This document shows, piece after piece, positions 23,846 to 37,839 of a stretch of DNA of 64,000 bases (positions within the stretch are counted from its first letter, which is position 1; each line of letters begins with the position of its first letter). The notes under the pieces are model-generated. The model saw only the letters and a list, made by a program, of their open reading frames with translations, did no database searches and had not been told where the DNA came from. This stretch comes from Phallusia mammillata (Eukaryota). Location: assembly GCA_965637545.1 (NCBI GenBank), contig OZ281498.1, forward strand, positions 18,538,001-18,602,000, given 5' to 3'. The translations under genes and the position numbers were made by a program.

Positions 23846-26800
23846 ATGGAAAACTCGAGCGTAACAGCACCAATCTGGTTCTACGCTTGTGCTTTTGGAT
23901 CTACTGCGCTTTTGGCTGCAGAGTCGATAGTATGGTTTAGGAGGAAATCGCCAAGATTTGGGCTTCGTCAGGTAAACTTTATAAGTACTGTTATGCAAAT
24001 CTAACGGATAGGCTATAGCTTAACCTTTGCCACCCAGAAAATCTTCAGAGACAAGCTTGATTCAGTATAAAACCCGCTGTAATATAATTTTCCCAGGGTT
24101 AAATTAAACATTTGCTTTCACACGTTTATCCTTTTTGCTTTTAGACTAACACTTTTATTGTGCTTTTAACAACTTACATAAAACGAAAACAAATACTTTA
24201 AATGTATTTGTAACTTTGTTAAAGTTATCGAATAAACAAATTTCGAACAATGATTTTTCGTTGTAGGTACGTAGAAGTGCCAGTTGGCTTCGAATTACAC
24301 ACTACGCAATGTGTCTTTCCTTTGTGACGTCAACCATTACCTTGGCAACACTGAAAATCACGTGCTTACAACGCAATGCCATGTATCAACCGTTGGTCAG
24401 AACCATATTGCAGGTACACGACAGTTTGTTTGTTACTGATGTACCATTTAGTTAGCTCTAAATCGCGCCATTGCGTGTAATTGCTTTCTGCACGTATACT
24501 GACTTATGATTTAAAAAAATTGAGTCAAGAAGCATAAGGTTCATTATAGTCTTCATCCACCAAGCAACCAGCTTGGAGATTCTGTTTTCAAGTTTAAATA
24601 TACTGTAGGCCTATTGCGTATTTTGACTTGCGAAACCTTTGCTTTGGGCTGCTTTCCCTAAAGGTTGATCAATTGGTGGATGGCGTCGATTGCCCTGGAA
24701 TGTCCTGTTGCAACTAATCATTAGGGATTTTGTTAACAGGCTTTTACTTGCGTTCAGTGCTGCTTATGCAACAAGCTGGGTTCTCATGACTGTTTTGTAA
24801 CAGTGGCATTTTATATTGTTTGTTCCAATAAGATTGAGCTAGTTAAGGAAAGCGGTAATGACTTTGGTGGCGAAGCGTTATTGTAAGGTGCTAAGTTTAA
24901 TAGAATTGGGCAGACTGTATTAGATATAGATGGAAGTGAATAAAGTTTATGGATTTGTTTGGCAAAGTTTTGGGTTTGTTTGGCAAAGCAAACTTACCTG
25001 TGAGATGTGTGTCCCTTAGCAATTAGCAATGGTGAATGTATTCACAAAGTGTATACACTTCGTTATTTTAAAGTACGTTTTATTTGAAAATGATGTTCTG
25101 GTTGTTTATGAAATATGTGGCCTGCAGCGGCAAAATTACACATACTTTGGTCTTGAAGCGCTTCGCTTTGTTCTTGCTACAGTTATTCACTCGAAAGCTA
25201 ACCCTTTATTTTAAGGCACTGATGATATTCGAAGTTCAGAGCATCATTGCCGAAAGCATAAGCAACCAGCAATTATGCCGAAGCATCTCAAAGTTGTCCA
25301 AGCTTGTGTTGCTTGTAAATGGAATTGGTAAGTAAGAATGCAAATCGTTTTAAAACTGAAATTAACCAATTTTTAGAAAAATCTTTAGTTTCTCCTACAA
25401 TCGATATTAAATATTTTATAAATTTAGACAAATTTCGGAATTCAAGCCATAAATAATAGCCTACTATTTTTAAACCGCGACGAAATATGTTGCCAATAGG
25501 TATAATTTCAAGATTGCAGCGACAGTGTATTTGTCATATATATTGTTGAACCTTTACTCCTATAGCTATATCAATGTTCTCTGTCAATCTGAATCCCACC
25601 AATTTAAGATTATCATGCCTCAATTTGTCTTTGTAAGTCGGATTCGGTTTAGATTTATTATAATTTTTATGTTCCAGCGCTGATTGCACCCATGGCTGTT
25701 ACACTAATTTCTTCAGCGTACGAGTTGACTTCAACCTCTGGAAACGATGTATTCGTAGCCTACACTCCCTTCGACCGCACTTATATAACATACAATACAT
25801 CACAAACTACACTAACATACGAGACACCTGAAAACTCCACCCAACCACCTAGTTCAACATTTGGGGTGTACAAGCATCCAGATGATCCACTGCTTTTGTT
25901 GGAGCCTTTGTTTATTCCAAATGCAGAAGACAGAAACATCCAACAACAAGAAAAACAATCGGAATTACAGAAACAGATTGAAATGATTTCTGAGCAGACT
26001 GGCACCACCGTGGGATTGTACGAAAGAATTTTGATGATCAAATATTTGGAGGAAGTTGATAAATATGAAAGTTACACGCATGTATGTTGGATGACGTGGC
26101 CATCTTCTGGCTTGCTAATAACCTACATCATTGTGACGTTGTCAAGTTGCTATGGATACGCGTTGGCGTTGAGGGAGTTGAGACACTTAAAATACACATC
26201 CACAACCAAAGTGGTAAGTTTTGTTTTTGTTAAAACTGTTTTTTATGACTTAGGGCAGTGGTTCTCAACCGTGTGGTATGCCGAGTATTTAAAGGTGGTA
26301 TGCGAGTAGCTTTCTATACCGAAATCAAGTCAGATTTGGGCAAAGAAAACTCGTGTCTTCGACATTCTTTTGTAATTGCTAACCGTGTTGATTTTAAAAC
26401 TATGCTGTCCTAGTGAAGAAGAATTGGCATATCTCTTATTCTACCCTTTACAACAGGGTTTAAGTGACACGTAGCGATAAAAAATGTTGTCAGTAGCTAC
26501 ACGATCAGTATAAGGTTAAGAAGAACTAACGTAGGACATCTAACAGTGTTTTGTAACTATTCTGTATCTCCAACTTTTAGTATGTATAGACTTTTTCATA
26601 TTATGTGACAAAATTGCGTTTACCATCGTCAGTTATGTTTGAAAGTTTCCATGAGTGTATAGGCTAACATTTCTGGTAAAATTTCCGCAACTAACCACGC
26701 GATGTCGCTACAGGTCCCTCTCGAGTCGTGGCTGGCCTGTGTGGTTCGTCCAACAGTCATTACCGTGACTTTGCTAAAATGGATTGCGGTGTCATTGGAA

Positions 26801-27092
26801 TGGCATAGTTTCCACTGCTTGTACACAATATGCATTGCAATGTGCATTATTCCTTTTCTATATGCGATTCTCATTGGGCCAAGGCGATGTAACAGGAGTG
26901 GTGCAATGAAAAGGGGATTCTTGTCGAAACGGTAAGACGTTTTGTACATGGCTTTATCGGTTTCTTAGCAATTAACAAAGATGTTATTAGGTAAAAATTC
27001 TAGTGGAAGTTGACTGAACGGTTTTTCGCTATACGTAAAATTTTCATTTTAACTAACTTATTTTCAGGTTGTATGACATTATTTTTTGGTGA
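23846..27092 (+). CDS. Orphan 7-TM protein, divergent class-B (adhesion/secretin-like) GPCR fold, short N-terminus, giant ECL2 (6 coding exons, ~387 aa)
   Basis: Exons 23846-23971, 24267-24413, 25216-25327, 25678-26213, 26714-26931, 27068-27092 (last exon tentative); phases consistent, total 1164 nt. Seven hydrophobic segments with basic inner loops and N-glycosylation sites outside (NSS, NTS, NST). TM2 ITHYAMCLSF, TM3 IIAES, ECL2 VCWM, TM6 W, TM7 LYTIC. An in-frame stop lies upstream of the ATG when the 23731 acceptor is used. Confidence 0.78.
26256..26528. mobile_element. Old hAT-type MITE in a 7-TM gene intron
   Basis: Left end CAGTGGTTCTCAACC; degenerate right end GGTTAAGAAGAACTA; flanks ACTTAGGG / ACGTAGGA (6/8). 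Explains the spurious tail of ORF 25692-26309. Confidence 0.6.
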
Positions 27093-28929
27093 CAATTAGT
27101 GTGTGTTGCAGAGAAAGGTGTTTTATCATTTGCTTGAAAGGGTATAAAATCTTGGTTATGAAACTTCAAAACAGCCATAAAACTACTTTGGATATTGGAT
27201 AAAAAAGGGACAATTTTTTCTGCACAAAAAGTCATGTTTTATCTGCCGCATGATGGTGCTAAAACGCTGTTTTTGATGTAGTACGAATGTCAGCATTGCA
27301 TTTTACAATTCAGCTTTTATTTTTTAAATCAAACTTTTATTCTTTAACTTAACTCTACAGATACATTTCACATTCATGCAAAACTGGAATGCCCGTAGTT
27401 ATCAAATTTTACGTTTATGTGCACAGCGTTCGTTCATAACAGTCATCTATCATTGCTGACCAGTGACCACCCACGCGATGACCGTTTTCAAACGGCGCAA
27501 ACCAATTACTTGCACTTAAAGTTGATCCCGCAAAATACTATAAAATCGTTATTCAAATCTTCGCACACAAAAACTATACCTGACCTACAAAGTCTAACCA
27601 GAATCTAAACACAGCAACAAATTATGCTCCATGTTAGTGTTAACGTCGTTCGGTTAAGCCTAGGATCATCCAACGTCTGTGTACATTAAAGCCTTCAAAT
27701 GGCCTCGGTACTTAGGCTTGACCATTGGATTTTCGAGCGCACGTTTAGCAAAGCGTCGCCGGATATAAATTTTCTTGTGTGCTTACAAGTGGCAAAGGTG
27801 GGCCACATAAACAAAGGATGGCGGCGTTAAGGAATTTTAGTTATGTGATGGACCGTGTACAGAGCTGTTATTACTTCGGCACGAGTATCTTTTGTGTGGC
27901 GTCGGTTTGACAAACGGATTTGTTTAGTGGTGTCCAAGTTTGCTTGCTTTGAAAATTTCAGGGCGGTGAAAAAGAACGCTGGACTTTCGTTTCTCCCATC
28001 AAATTTTGGCATATTTAAGAGTATTATAGTCGTGCTTTGTTAGTTGGGCGTTTTAGTTGATGATTTATCAAGGTTCTATTGAACATTCGTATTCATTTGA
28101 CAAACATCGGATGTGTGTGTGGATTCTGAATTGTTGTTTTCCGCGACTGGAGACCATTCTCTTGCCCTATTGTCCAGTTTGCTAAGACCTCGTGAAGTAG
28201 TTTGTGTCATCAAACCACCTTTTCATTTTGGTTGTTGCCAAAGTTTTTTGTTTGTGTTATAGACCTAAAAAACTTTCTCCTGAAAATCAGTTTACGGAAA
28301 TACAATAAAACACTGCAGGAAATTTAACGATACGCATGGTGTAAGATATGAACAACTAAAACTATTTTCCCTATTTAAACCATAACCGCAATGTATAGCA
28401 CATTTTATATTTGTGTGTTTCATAACTGCAATGCATCAGAAATGTCAGGAAAATAATATAAATTTAACTAATGATTAAAAAAATCGTGTTTCCATAAAAC
28501 TTGGAAAACATTGAAACAACTTAATTAAGAACATACGAATATACAATTTCGGAAGTGGTTCCAACACTTACATTCAAGACGCCCGGCCCCAAAAATGCTG
28601 ACCTTAACAACATTGCGTTTTATCCATCGAAAAAGTAACGGAAAATTACACGAATATGGAATTTAGGAATTGGGAACATTTAGTGTAAACCGCCACGCCT
28701 TCAAATTCTGACCTTGTTATGACAATCTTTTAAAGTTTAGTTAATAAACAATACCATTGTGGTATATCGAACACAATAAGGACACACGCACACAGCGTAA
28801 TCCTGTTATCCTTCCGTATTGTTCCCTGGCACGTTAACAATATCAAGCATAGAATGGGGACAATAATATCTCCGAGTTGGTCTCGACCATTGTTCCACTC
28901 AAATTCAATTGTGTCGGCCCCGAAACACA

Positions 28930-29080
28930 ACCGCCGTGACGTCATGGACACGTGACTGCGCACTGACCGTCACAGCTGAACGCACAGCGGCCGGTTGGTC
29001 TGTGTTTGTGCATGTGACAAATAAATGTTAACTGTTGGGATACGGCAGGTGCAGCCTATTTGGTCACATCTGCTGGGTAA
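28930..29080 (+). promoter_or_regulatory. Candidate promoter or non-coding first exon
   Basis: GC-rich block with TGACGTCA (28937-28944) and E-box CACGTG, followed by a possible donor GG|GTAATG near 29077. No downstream exon could be linked. Confidence 0.25.
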
Positions 29081-31251
29081 TGCGTTTTTGTTATATACAG
29101 CTGGATTCTTTTATTTTGGTTTCTGTTTAATTAATTATTATTGGTTGATTTGAAAATTGTGTTTTAAAATGTCGACATACTTTTTACACATGTCAAAAGT
29201 TTGCCAAGGAATCTCTTGAAATAGCTGTTTTAAATAAGAATACAATCTTAAATTCGGAGTCATTGGGATATAGAAATAACCAGGTTCCGTTTTTTTCGTG
29301 ACAAACTACATATCATACGGCATCATTGTTTCTTTTAGGTTGGGTTCATATAAACGTTGTATATAATTTTTGAGTATAGCATGATAATTACCCATCCTGA
29401 CAAAAGAAAATTTCTCCCAGCGCCTTCAACGAAAATCAATACGAGCAAGATGAATGTTTGAATGGTAAATATAGTTAAAAGATTGAAATTGAGAAATAAT
29501 TACCATCGGTAACCTATGAACCGGCATAGAACTTTTTTATTGGGTAGTCTATTTTTTGGTTGGTTTGGGTTAAAGTTGTTACAAGTTTTTTTGTGGTATC
29601 GGGATAAGAGCCTCAGATTAAACAACTTCCGTAAATAAGTTTTTTCATTTCCTGTTTTCAAAGTTTTGGTTTCATTTTTCAATTGGCATATAATCTATAT
29701 TCCGCCTAAGTGGCATCGACAGTTCCTTATTCAAACAGAATTCGGCGTTTTAACATAAACCTTTTACAAAAAACGTTCGAGCTAAATATTAATAGCACAA
29801 AATGGACTAGGTGGCCAAGATATTGGGACAAGATAAAATTAAGTTTTTAACAGCAATATTGGGCGTTTTTCTATTGGTAAATAGTAAATACCAACTCAAG
29901 CCCCCATGCAAAACGCCGGTCAGTATATTTCGACACTTTTTTGCATTTATAAACTTCAATATATGTGTTACTGGTTCGTAACGTTCGTTATGTTGCAATC
30001 ACATTCCTGAGAATAGAGGTTCTGATTTACCACGTCGACACGCGACCGATCACAGCACGTTACGCAAGATTAGCTTTGAATACACTCATTGAATTGCGTA
30101 CGTGGTAACGCCTACCCCCACTTTTCGCTTGACAGAACGCAAAAAATTACGAATTACTTTGAACTAATGTTTCTTCTTACATTCGTTCTGTTTAGATGAA
30201 TTCAAAATGGGGTAGAAACGTTCTATGTCTCATAGATTTTTATTTATTCATCACAGTTTTAGTAGGTGATTTGCAGACTAAAAAGTACGTATTTTTAACG
30301 ATTGTAACGCTATACTACACAAGAGAAATGCAGTTATCAGACCAATTAAGGTATAAACTTCGTATTTTGATACTCTCTTGGACGTAATAAAATGTATTAT
30401 ATAGCAGAAATAAACTTGCCCCATGAACAAGGGTAGTACTCGATTTGCGATCTGAAACGTACTAAAAAAAGTAAAAAAAGATACCAAAAAACGGATAAAG
30501 TTACATTGCTAAAAAGGCCCTTAGTTTGTATTGTTTGTCTAGGTCCTAGGAAGTTATATAGGCTCCATTGATTTATTTCCCCAGACTATGACAAAATAAC
30601 ATGCCAAAAAGGTCCATGGTACAAGCGTAGATACCAGGCTAGACGTTTTTATTCCAAATGAAATACAATGTGAAATTTAGTCAATTATTCAAAATAGGGT
30701 GGTATGTTAAAGCACGACGCCCAGAACCCTTTCGTTTTACCATGACCGATCGAAAGCAGACGGAATGTCTAGCGCGCCGCTTTAAATCGGACAAAACAAC
30801 GCTAAACAGGTGATCGCATAACCGTTCCGGCTCTTCCCACTGGGCTGACAAGCCAATGTGGTGACTCACCAAGGTTGACCAAAATTTCTGGTGTTGAAAT
30901 CATGTGAAATACAAGTCTGAGAAATGTGCGTTGACATTTAAATGGTGATTTTCTCATTGCTTCAGTGGTCGATAACATAAATGTCTACAAAATAAAACGC
31001 TTCCGAGGCTATTAAATATTAATCTAGATGTACTGGTATGTGTAAAATGGGCGCCAGGGGATTTCTGGATGCTGTCTGTAGAATCTAGAAGCGCCATGAC
31101 CTTCTGAGATAAACGAAATTTATGGTGTTTTCAATATAAATACCTAGTTGTACCTCTGTTCTCTGTACATTTACTTCAAAACTGTGTTGATTTGTTACAC
31201 AATTAAAACGTATGCAAAATCTCTTTTTTGATTGTTGTGTATCAAGTATAG

Positions 31252-31793
31252 AAGGGGTGGCCAACTTGCCAGTCGTTAAGATCGACGAAAATTTTCTTAA
31301 TTGTACGCGATCGACTGATCAGTCGTAATTTAGGCTGACACTAACACAAAGCAATAACGCAAATTTTTTCATGCGATTTGCTTGACAATTGCCACATATT
31401 TATGGTCATGAGTTTTGTTGGCAAGCATCACCTAGTTATTACAACAATAAAACGTCGCATATGCACACAATTTTTATCAAAGTAGTCAGTGGGAACTTTT
31501 AAATCTCCCCAATCAATAGCAACAGCTTCGTTAAAGCAAACACTCAAGTTGTGACGACAAACATTGTAGTTGTTACGACATAATTTGGTGCCAAAATAAC
31601 AATTGTTACGCAACAAAGAAAGTGACAATTACTTAGGTATTGTCTTATTACACATGTGTGCGTTGTTTCAAAATGACAGAAGTGCTGTTTTATAATATTT
31701 AATTTGTTTTTCAATTAATAAGCGTTTGATTAGTTGTGGAGAATTTAGTGGCGATCGACCAGTCGATCGCGATCGACGTGTTGGCCACACCTG
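31252..31793. mobile_element. hAT-type MITE (542 bp)
   Basis: TIRs AAGGGGTGGCCAAC / GTTGGCCACACCTG; perfect 8-bp TSD AAGTATAG; subterminal GATCGAC repeats at both ends. Confidence 0.88.
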
Positions 31794-33025
31794 AAGTATA
31801 GTATATCAAGTATTACAAGATATAAAAAATGACGTCATTTATGATATGGTAACGGTGATGTCACAAGTCAAAACCGACTTGGCCCCGTTCGTGAGCCAAG
31901 AAAACTTTTTTTGTGAAGAATTTACACAATTAGGTCATCCTAAATGGGACAGGTTATATTGGTTGTCACGAAATTATTAGTTAACCGACACAAGTCATAA
32001 ACTCCTTCGAAATCAAAGGTCTAATGGTAAACAAGTGCGGAAATTCCCCTTTGAGATGTTTTTTACGGTTTGTTGATCGGTGATTTGTGCCACATTCGGT
32101 GTTTGAACAATAAACACGGTTTTAACGCAGCTATTGGAGTAGGAATTCTATTTCGCGAAATCGTTGAGCAAAACACTTTTAACCATGCGTAACAAATTAG
32201 GTATTGCTCAAGATATGTCCACGTGTTTTGGTTGTAAATATGCGGTCATGGTATAACGATCCGTAGGTGTCAAGTCAATAAGAAGTAGAGATTAGAACAC
32301 TGGGGTGTTCAAAATTTGGTTAAAAATGTTTATGCTGTATTTTTGTTTATGTTATAATTAGATCGAGGATATTGGTCCATTGTGGGTGAGAAACATATAC
32401 GTTCGAATTATAAATATAGAGCAAACTTAACCAACAAATTATTAAAAGGCTCTAGTGTACTTTACTGGTATCACGGGTAATCCTCAAAATAGTTGCCGAA
32501 AACGACGTGAATAAAATTCCTATACGAGCTACAATAGTACGTTAACGCAGCAATTGTTTGTTAATTTGTTTATCCCACGAAAATCCCACGATTAAAAGTC
32601 GTTCGCTTGGTGTAAAGTTACAACCAGTGCCATTTTATACATTACATCACCCTTTGGTACTTTGGAACGGAACTCCGATGATCAGTTGTTTTGCCTTTTT
32701 TAGTGATTTAACTCGGGCTTTTGTGAAAGAACTATGGGGTTAGATAGCCGTGAAAAGAAATCAGGCCCCTTTTCAGCTCCACCGATTGTCAGTAACGTCA
32801 GTTGAACCTACATTACGTCATTTTGAAATAAGTCGAGCGCCGTTGAAGTCAATACTAAAACTTGATTTTTCGAAAGCAGAATTTGTGTGGTGGCATTGGT
32901 AATACTTGACACGTAAAAAGGTTTTCGGAAAAATTAGTTCTGTCGGCTGTTTTTGAAAAAAAACCAAACCCCTAAAATTATTTTGGCTTAAGCTATATGG
33001 TAAAAAGACCAGATATAATATTAAT

Positions 33026-33366
33026 TAGTGATGTACCGAATCGGCGAAATTTCGATTCGGCCGAAACCTTATTTTAGTTCTATGGGGTTTAACATTGCCT
33101 CAAGCATGATTGCCAACCCGACAATGAATTACTGATTTTTTGTCTGCAGTGCTGGGAAAAGCGTCAATATGTTAAAAAATATAATGATTGACGCGATTTT
33201 CGTTGGTACTAAGAAGAAAGGACACGTTTAACGCTTTAAATGGGTGCTCGTAAAAGATTCGGTTTCGGCCGAATCGCAACCAATTATTCGGCCGAAACCG
33301 AATCTTTGCAAAAGTGGCCGATTCGGCCGAATAAATTCGGCAAACCGAATATTCGGTGCATCTCTA
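33026..33366. mobile_element. hAT-type MITE (341 bp), TAG-ended family
   Basis: TIRs TAGTGATGTACCGAAT / ATTCGGTGCATCTCTA; perfect 8-bp TSD ATATTAAT; many internal TTCGGCCGAA palindromes. ORF 33244-33438 is an artefact of this element. Confidence 0.9.
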
Positions 33367-33443
33367 ATATTAATACATAAACGGACCAATTTATGTATTC
33401 ATAAAATTACCAAAATTTGTTTTGTGTACATTTGTTAAATGTA

Positions 33444-33479
33444 TGGTAATATGTTAATAATTGGTAATATGTTAATAAT
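33444..33479. repeat. Perfect tandem duplication of 18 bp
   Basis: TGGTAATATGTTAATAAT x2. Confidence 0.9.
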
Positions 33480-36400
33480 TTTTTTTAACGAAAGGTAAAC
33501 AGCACACTTTGTTTTATCAACATATCAATTGCTTTATTTAATTTTAAAACGAACGATCATTGCAAAAAAACACAAAATCGGAATTTTTCCAGGGCTTTAA
33601 ATTATTTTTCCCGCACCCTTGCAACATGTAACTTGAAAAGCCATTTTTAAATGCTTTGTACACATCAATCCAACCAATACACGCCACGTTACCTCACAAT
33701 TGACATCCATGTTTTTGTACATAACAATACACGTGTAAGTCACACACCCGAAAACCACAACGGATTTCAGCCAGCAGAAGATGAAAGGCCTCGTCAGTTT
33801 GACATATAACGGTCGCAAGCCCAGGGTATCACCTTACACTTATTTCTGTTCCGAAGATGGTGTAATGGAGGCCGCCTGCTTGGTGCCAAACTAGACAGGG
33901 ACGAGTACTGTAAGGACTTATAAGGGAATATTCGAGCTGTTCCTGCTTGGTATGATTGGAAATGCTGTGTGTGTATTAGAAACAACTGCTTTTGGGTTGT
34001 GTCAGGATAGAAACGGACCAAAAGGTCATCAGTTGTACGAGTGAATGACCGTTCTCTCAACACATAAGCATGGGAACGTAGCCAGTGTTAAAAACAAATC
34101 TTCATACTTAGGTCTCATGTCATTCACCAGTGAGTCTTTATTAAGAGACCACCGAAATTAAGTTCTAGTCCTTGCTACAAACTAGTTCAAGCCAAAACCG
34201 CTATTCTTTGTGAATGACCACCCTGGTAGTTCATTGGTGTGTCGCAAAAAACGAATAAATCAAATAGGCAGGTGAAGACCCCCCAGTCCCGTATAATTCA
34301 TTGAATTTCATCAACATTTTTTACTCCACTTGAGTAAGGTTGAGTTTTTTTAACAGTAATTAGAGTTTTTGGTAGGATATATATTGAATCTTTACGACAC
34401 TGTACTTAACAAGTATACCCATGCTTTTTGACATAATGATCATTTGACATTAACATACTAATGCCGTGGTGACGTATTGAAATCATTTGTCATTGGAAAG
34501 ATCAACAGTGTTGAAAGCACGCTTACCAATTAAAGTGCATAAATCATCGTGACATGTATTAACATAAACATTGTATGCTGTTTCTTTATGTTGTGTTCAG
34601 CTATTCTACATACAAGTCAATGCATATATGTGCCTGTTGCGCTGATTTATCAAAAGTATATTAAGATGTTATTTGCATAATTACCAGCGTACAAAGTTAC
34701 ACGAGCCCATGTGATTGTATTTGCGTGTTTTTCTGGTTTCTCAGGAAATTAAAACGCACTTTATAGCCTTTTTGAACTTTCTAGTTCGATTTAGGCTTAA
34801 AAGGTTTCACAATCCGCTCTAAGCAGTTAAAATGTACTATGTTTTGTAGACTTTTCCGCTCTTTAGATGTTTTTTAACAAATTGTAAAAACTTTCAAGCT
34901 TAATTGCTTTTGAAACCGTACAAGTAAAAAAGAGCTATGATGCAATTTAAAGTTCTACTATCTTTGGCAAATAATAAGTTTATATTATAACAAACAGCTA
35001 ATAATAAAATCTCGTAGAACAATCTAAAAAACAATTATAGCCGACAATAATTAATGGCCACTGATACCACGTGGATATAATTGAGCATCATGGCAATTAG
35101 ATAGGGATCATTAATTACGTTGTGGTTGCACTTTGTTTTTAAAACATTGCTGTGTTTACAACGGACTTGTTACTGTTATTTGGTTGTGAATGTGTTGGCT
35201 AATTGACCCAGCAACAAGTACAACTCACAATCAGATAGTGATTAATAATTGTCTTTCAGGGCTTATTTCCTAACTGTAGTATGTACACAAAATTTTCTAG
35301 CATGTTGAATGGTGACCTTTGACGTGTTTTAATATTTGCATTTTCCAAGCTCTTTCTTATAAATTTACCGAAGTTTTCCATATAAAATACGGAACCTGTG
35401 CCCCATACGTCTTCTTCTTCATGCCCCACACGATGTGATGTGTTTTGTTAAAATACACAACAAAAAGCATAAAAAGTCATAACCTTCAAATATTCAAGCA
35501 TAAGTATGCCTTGAAAAGTACTTTGCCGCTATTGGACTCGTCAAACCCACTTACAAATATGGACAATTCGTATCCTTGTGTGGCAACTATTGAGGCCAGT
35601 CCCTAATGATGTGCGATTCGTGTGTTTTGCTGTTTTGATCTGTACAATTTAACGCGAAATTGTGTTTGATAAGTCTGTATTGGGGGTTTAACAAAAGTTA
35701 TCTAACTGCACATGTGACCGCTATCTCCTTACCTATCTCCAATTGTAACTAAAATTTTACCCAAAAACGAGGCCTTTGTGCTCGGCCAAGACTTCAGCTC
35801 AAGTGCAATTAAATACAACTAGTAACATCGCCACACAATAGGCCAAGTGCCCTTATATTGTACCGTCACAGAATCGCCGAGAATGGATTACAATGCCGGA
35901 TAGTGCTTGCTGGGCCCAGCGGCACAAAAGTGGGTCAACCAAACAATGCCGCGAGTCTAAACGACGAAATAGTTGGCAAGCTGTGGAGCCCTCTTTAGTA
36001 GCAAATTCTTCGGTGCTGCTTTTGCTAGAGTGGCGAAGTTAGTAAGTGCGGCATCTCGAGTGTCGGCGATTGTGATTAGTAACGGTAGTAACGTTGCTAC
36101 AACCGTGCAGGGATTAATATTCATAAAGGTGTTGAAGTTATGTTGCATATTTTTTGTACACGGTTTTATCTGTTACCATTTGCGTTACTACGTTTGCAAA
36201 AGTCGGCAGTTTTACTGTATTGCTTTTTTCTATATAGAAGGCAGATTTAATGTTGAAATACTTAAGAATGCAGTTTTGATTGAAGTTTCCTTATAAGAGT
36301 GGTGTTTATTGTTTCCTTGAATAGAGTAATATGTGTATACACATAAGACGAGTTAGTTGTTTTACGTTACTGGTATCTGCCAAAGGTTTGTCAACCTTTG

Positions 36401-37839
36401 CAGAAATGACGTAATATCCGAAAGACAGTGTTTTGTTATTATGACGATGAATTTTACATGGGCGGTGACTGGTGACGTCAACTGACCGTGCTGCATTATG
36501 CAAGGGGAATAACCGCAAAATGTAGTGACGTGATAAAAAATACGTTCGTAGAATCCTTTTAAAGTTGTTTTTGTGGATGTAAAGCGTTATAAACAGACTA
36601 AGGCAAATGCTTTTTCAGGTTTAGATATTTTTAAAACCGCCATTACGTAGAAAAGGTTAGGAATCCGTTTTAAGCATGTAGATCAGTGAGTGTGCCGTGA
36701 GAGATTGTCAATTGTGCCGTGACGAAGCATTTCGTATTTTAAAGTGCAAACATTCCCTGGTGTTTTCATGGCGAAATACTGGTGTGCATAACAAAGTTTA
36801 AAAGCATATTTTTGTCATTGATAATGAAAAGCACCACAATAAAGTTGAAAGTTAACATTCTTTGAACAACTTTTGTTATGTTTACCTGCGAAGTGTGCCG
36901 CGGAAGAAAATTTTAGTTGTTTAATGCGCAGCATGCTTAAAAAGTTTGAGAACCACTAGTGTAGATTGTAGAGCAAGAACAAACCAAGGTTATTACGGTC
37001 ATGGCTAGGCATTTGGTGGTAATGACCAGTGCATGGAAATGCAGCGTTTTAGTAACATTTATATTTTGTTTCGTAGTCCAGGACATATACGGTATTTAAC
37101 TCTACAAATTCGTAATAGTATAGACTTGTAGAACTTTGTATTTAATGTGCTGCGTAAAATAGTTGTTTGTCTTGTGCAAATTTGGCGATTTAATTTGATA
37201 TTTTCCAAGCTTACAGTCAACATACCATGATCCATATATGCGTGTGCGCCACCCTTCTCAAGTCACATGAATTGATGTCTGTAATGCTTAAAAAACACAT
37301 TTAATTTTATTTCAATGGCCAAACCCAACTACCCTTTTGATTGACACTTCTCGATTCAAACGCGACTTGCAGTGTTACGTCAAACGCGGCCATAGAAATT
37401 AGTTAATACCTTTACTTTCAACACATCGACAGTTAGATAGTGATAGCTGTTTAATAGCACGTTCACAGGTCAATACGATCCAGCAATTGAATGGGGTGTG
37501 AGTACATATATATTACTGGGTATCGGGTGATACTTGCTTAGTCGTTACTGGCAAATTGCAGACGACTGAGTTAATATTTATTCAGCAATTACGAGCTATT
37601 AAGACAGCGCTTCGTGATCCTTTGTGAGGCCCTTATAATCGATACGTTAAGATTGGGATTGACAGAATGAAGTGGTATGGGCGCCATAATAATCACAACT
37701 CTGTCTGTTTCGGCAGATGTAGAAAGATAATATGATTTTGCAATTATTGTTGTCTTTGTGTTTAGCCTAACTGTGACTGATCATATTGACAATATTGTTA
37801 AATTTTGCAGTAGAAAATCAACTTTTGGTAGTTTATTGA

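Noticed and set aside
37001-37091. Signal-peptide-like mini exon MARHLVVMTSAWKCSVLVTFIFCFVVQDIYG with weak donor
   Set aside because: No phase-1 coding exon could be found downstream before a gene that already has a fitting first exon; hydrophobic ORFs arise easily in T-rich DNA.
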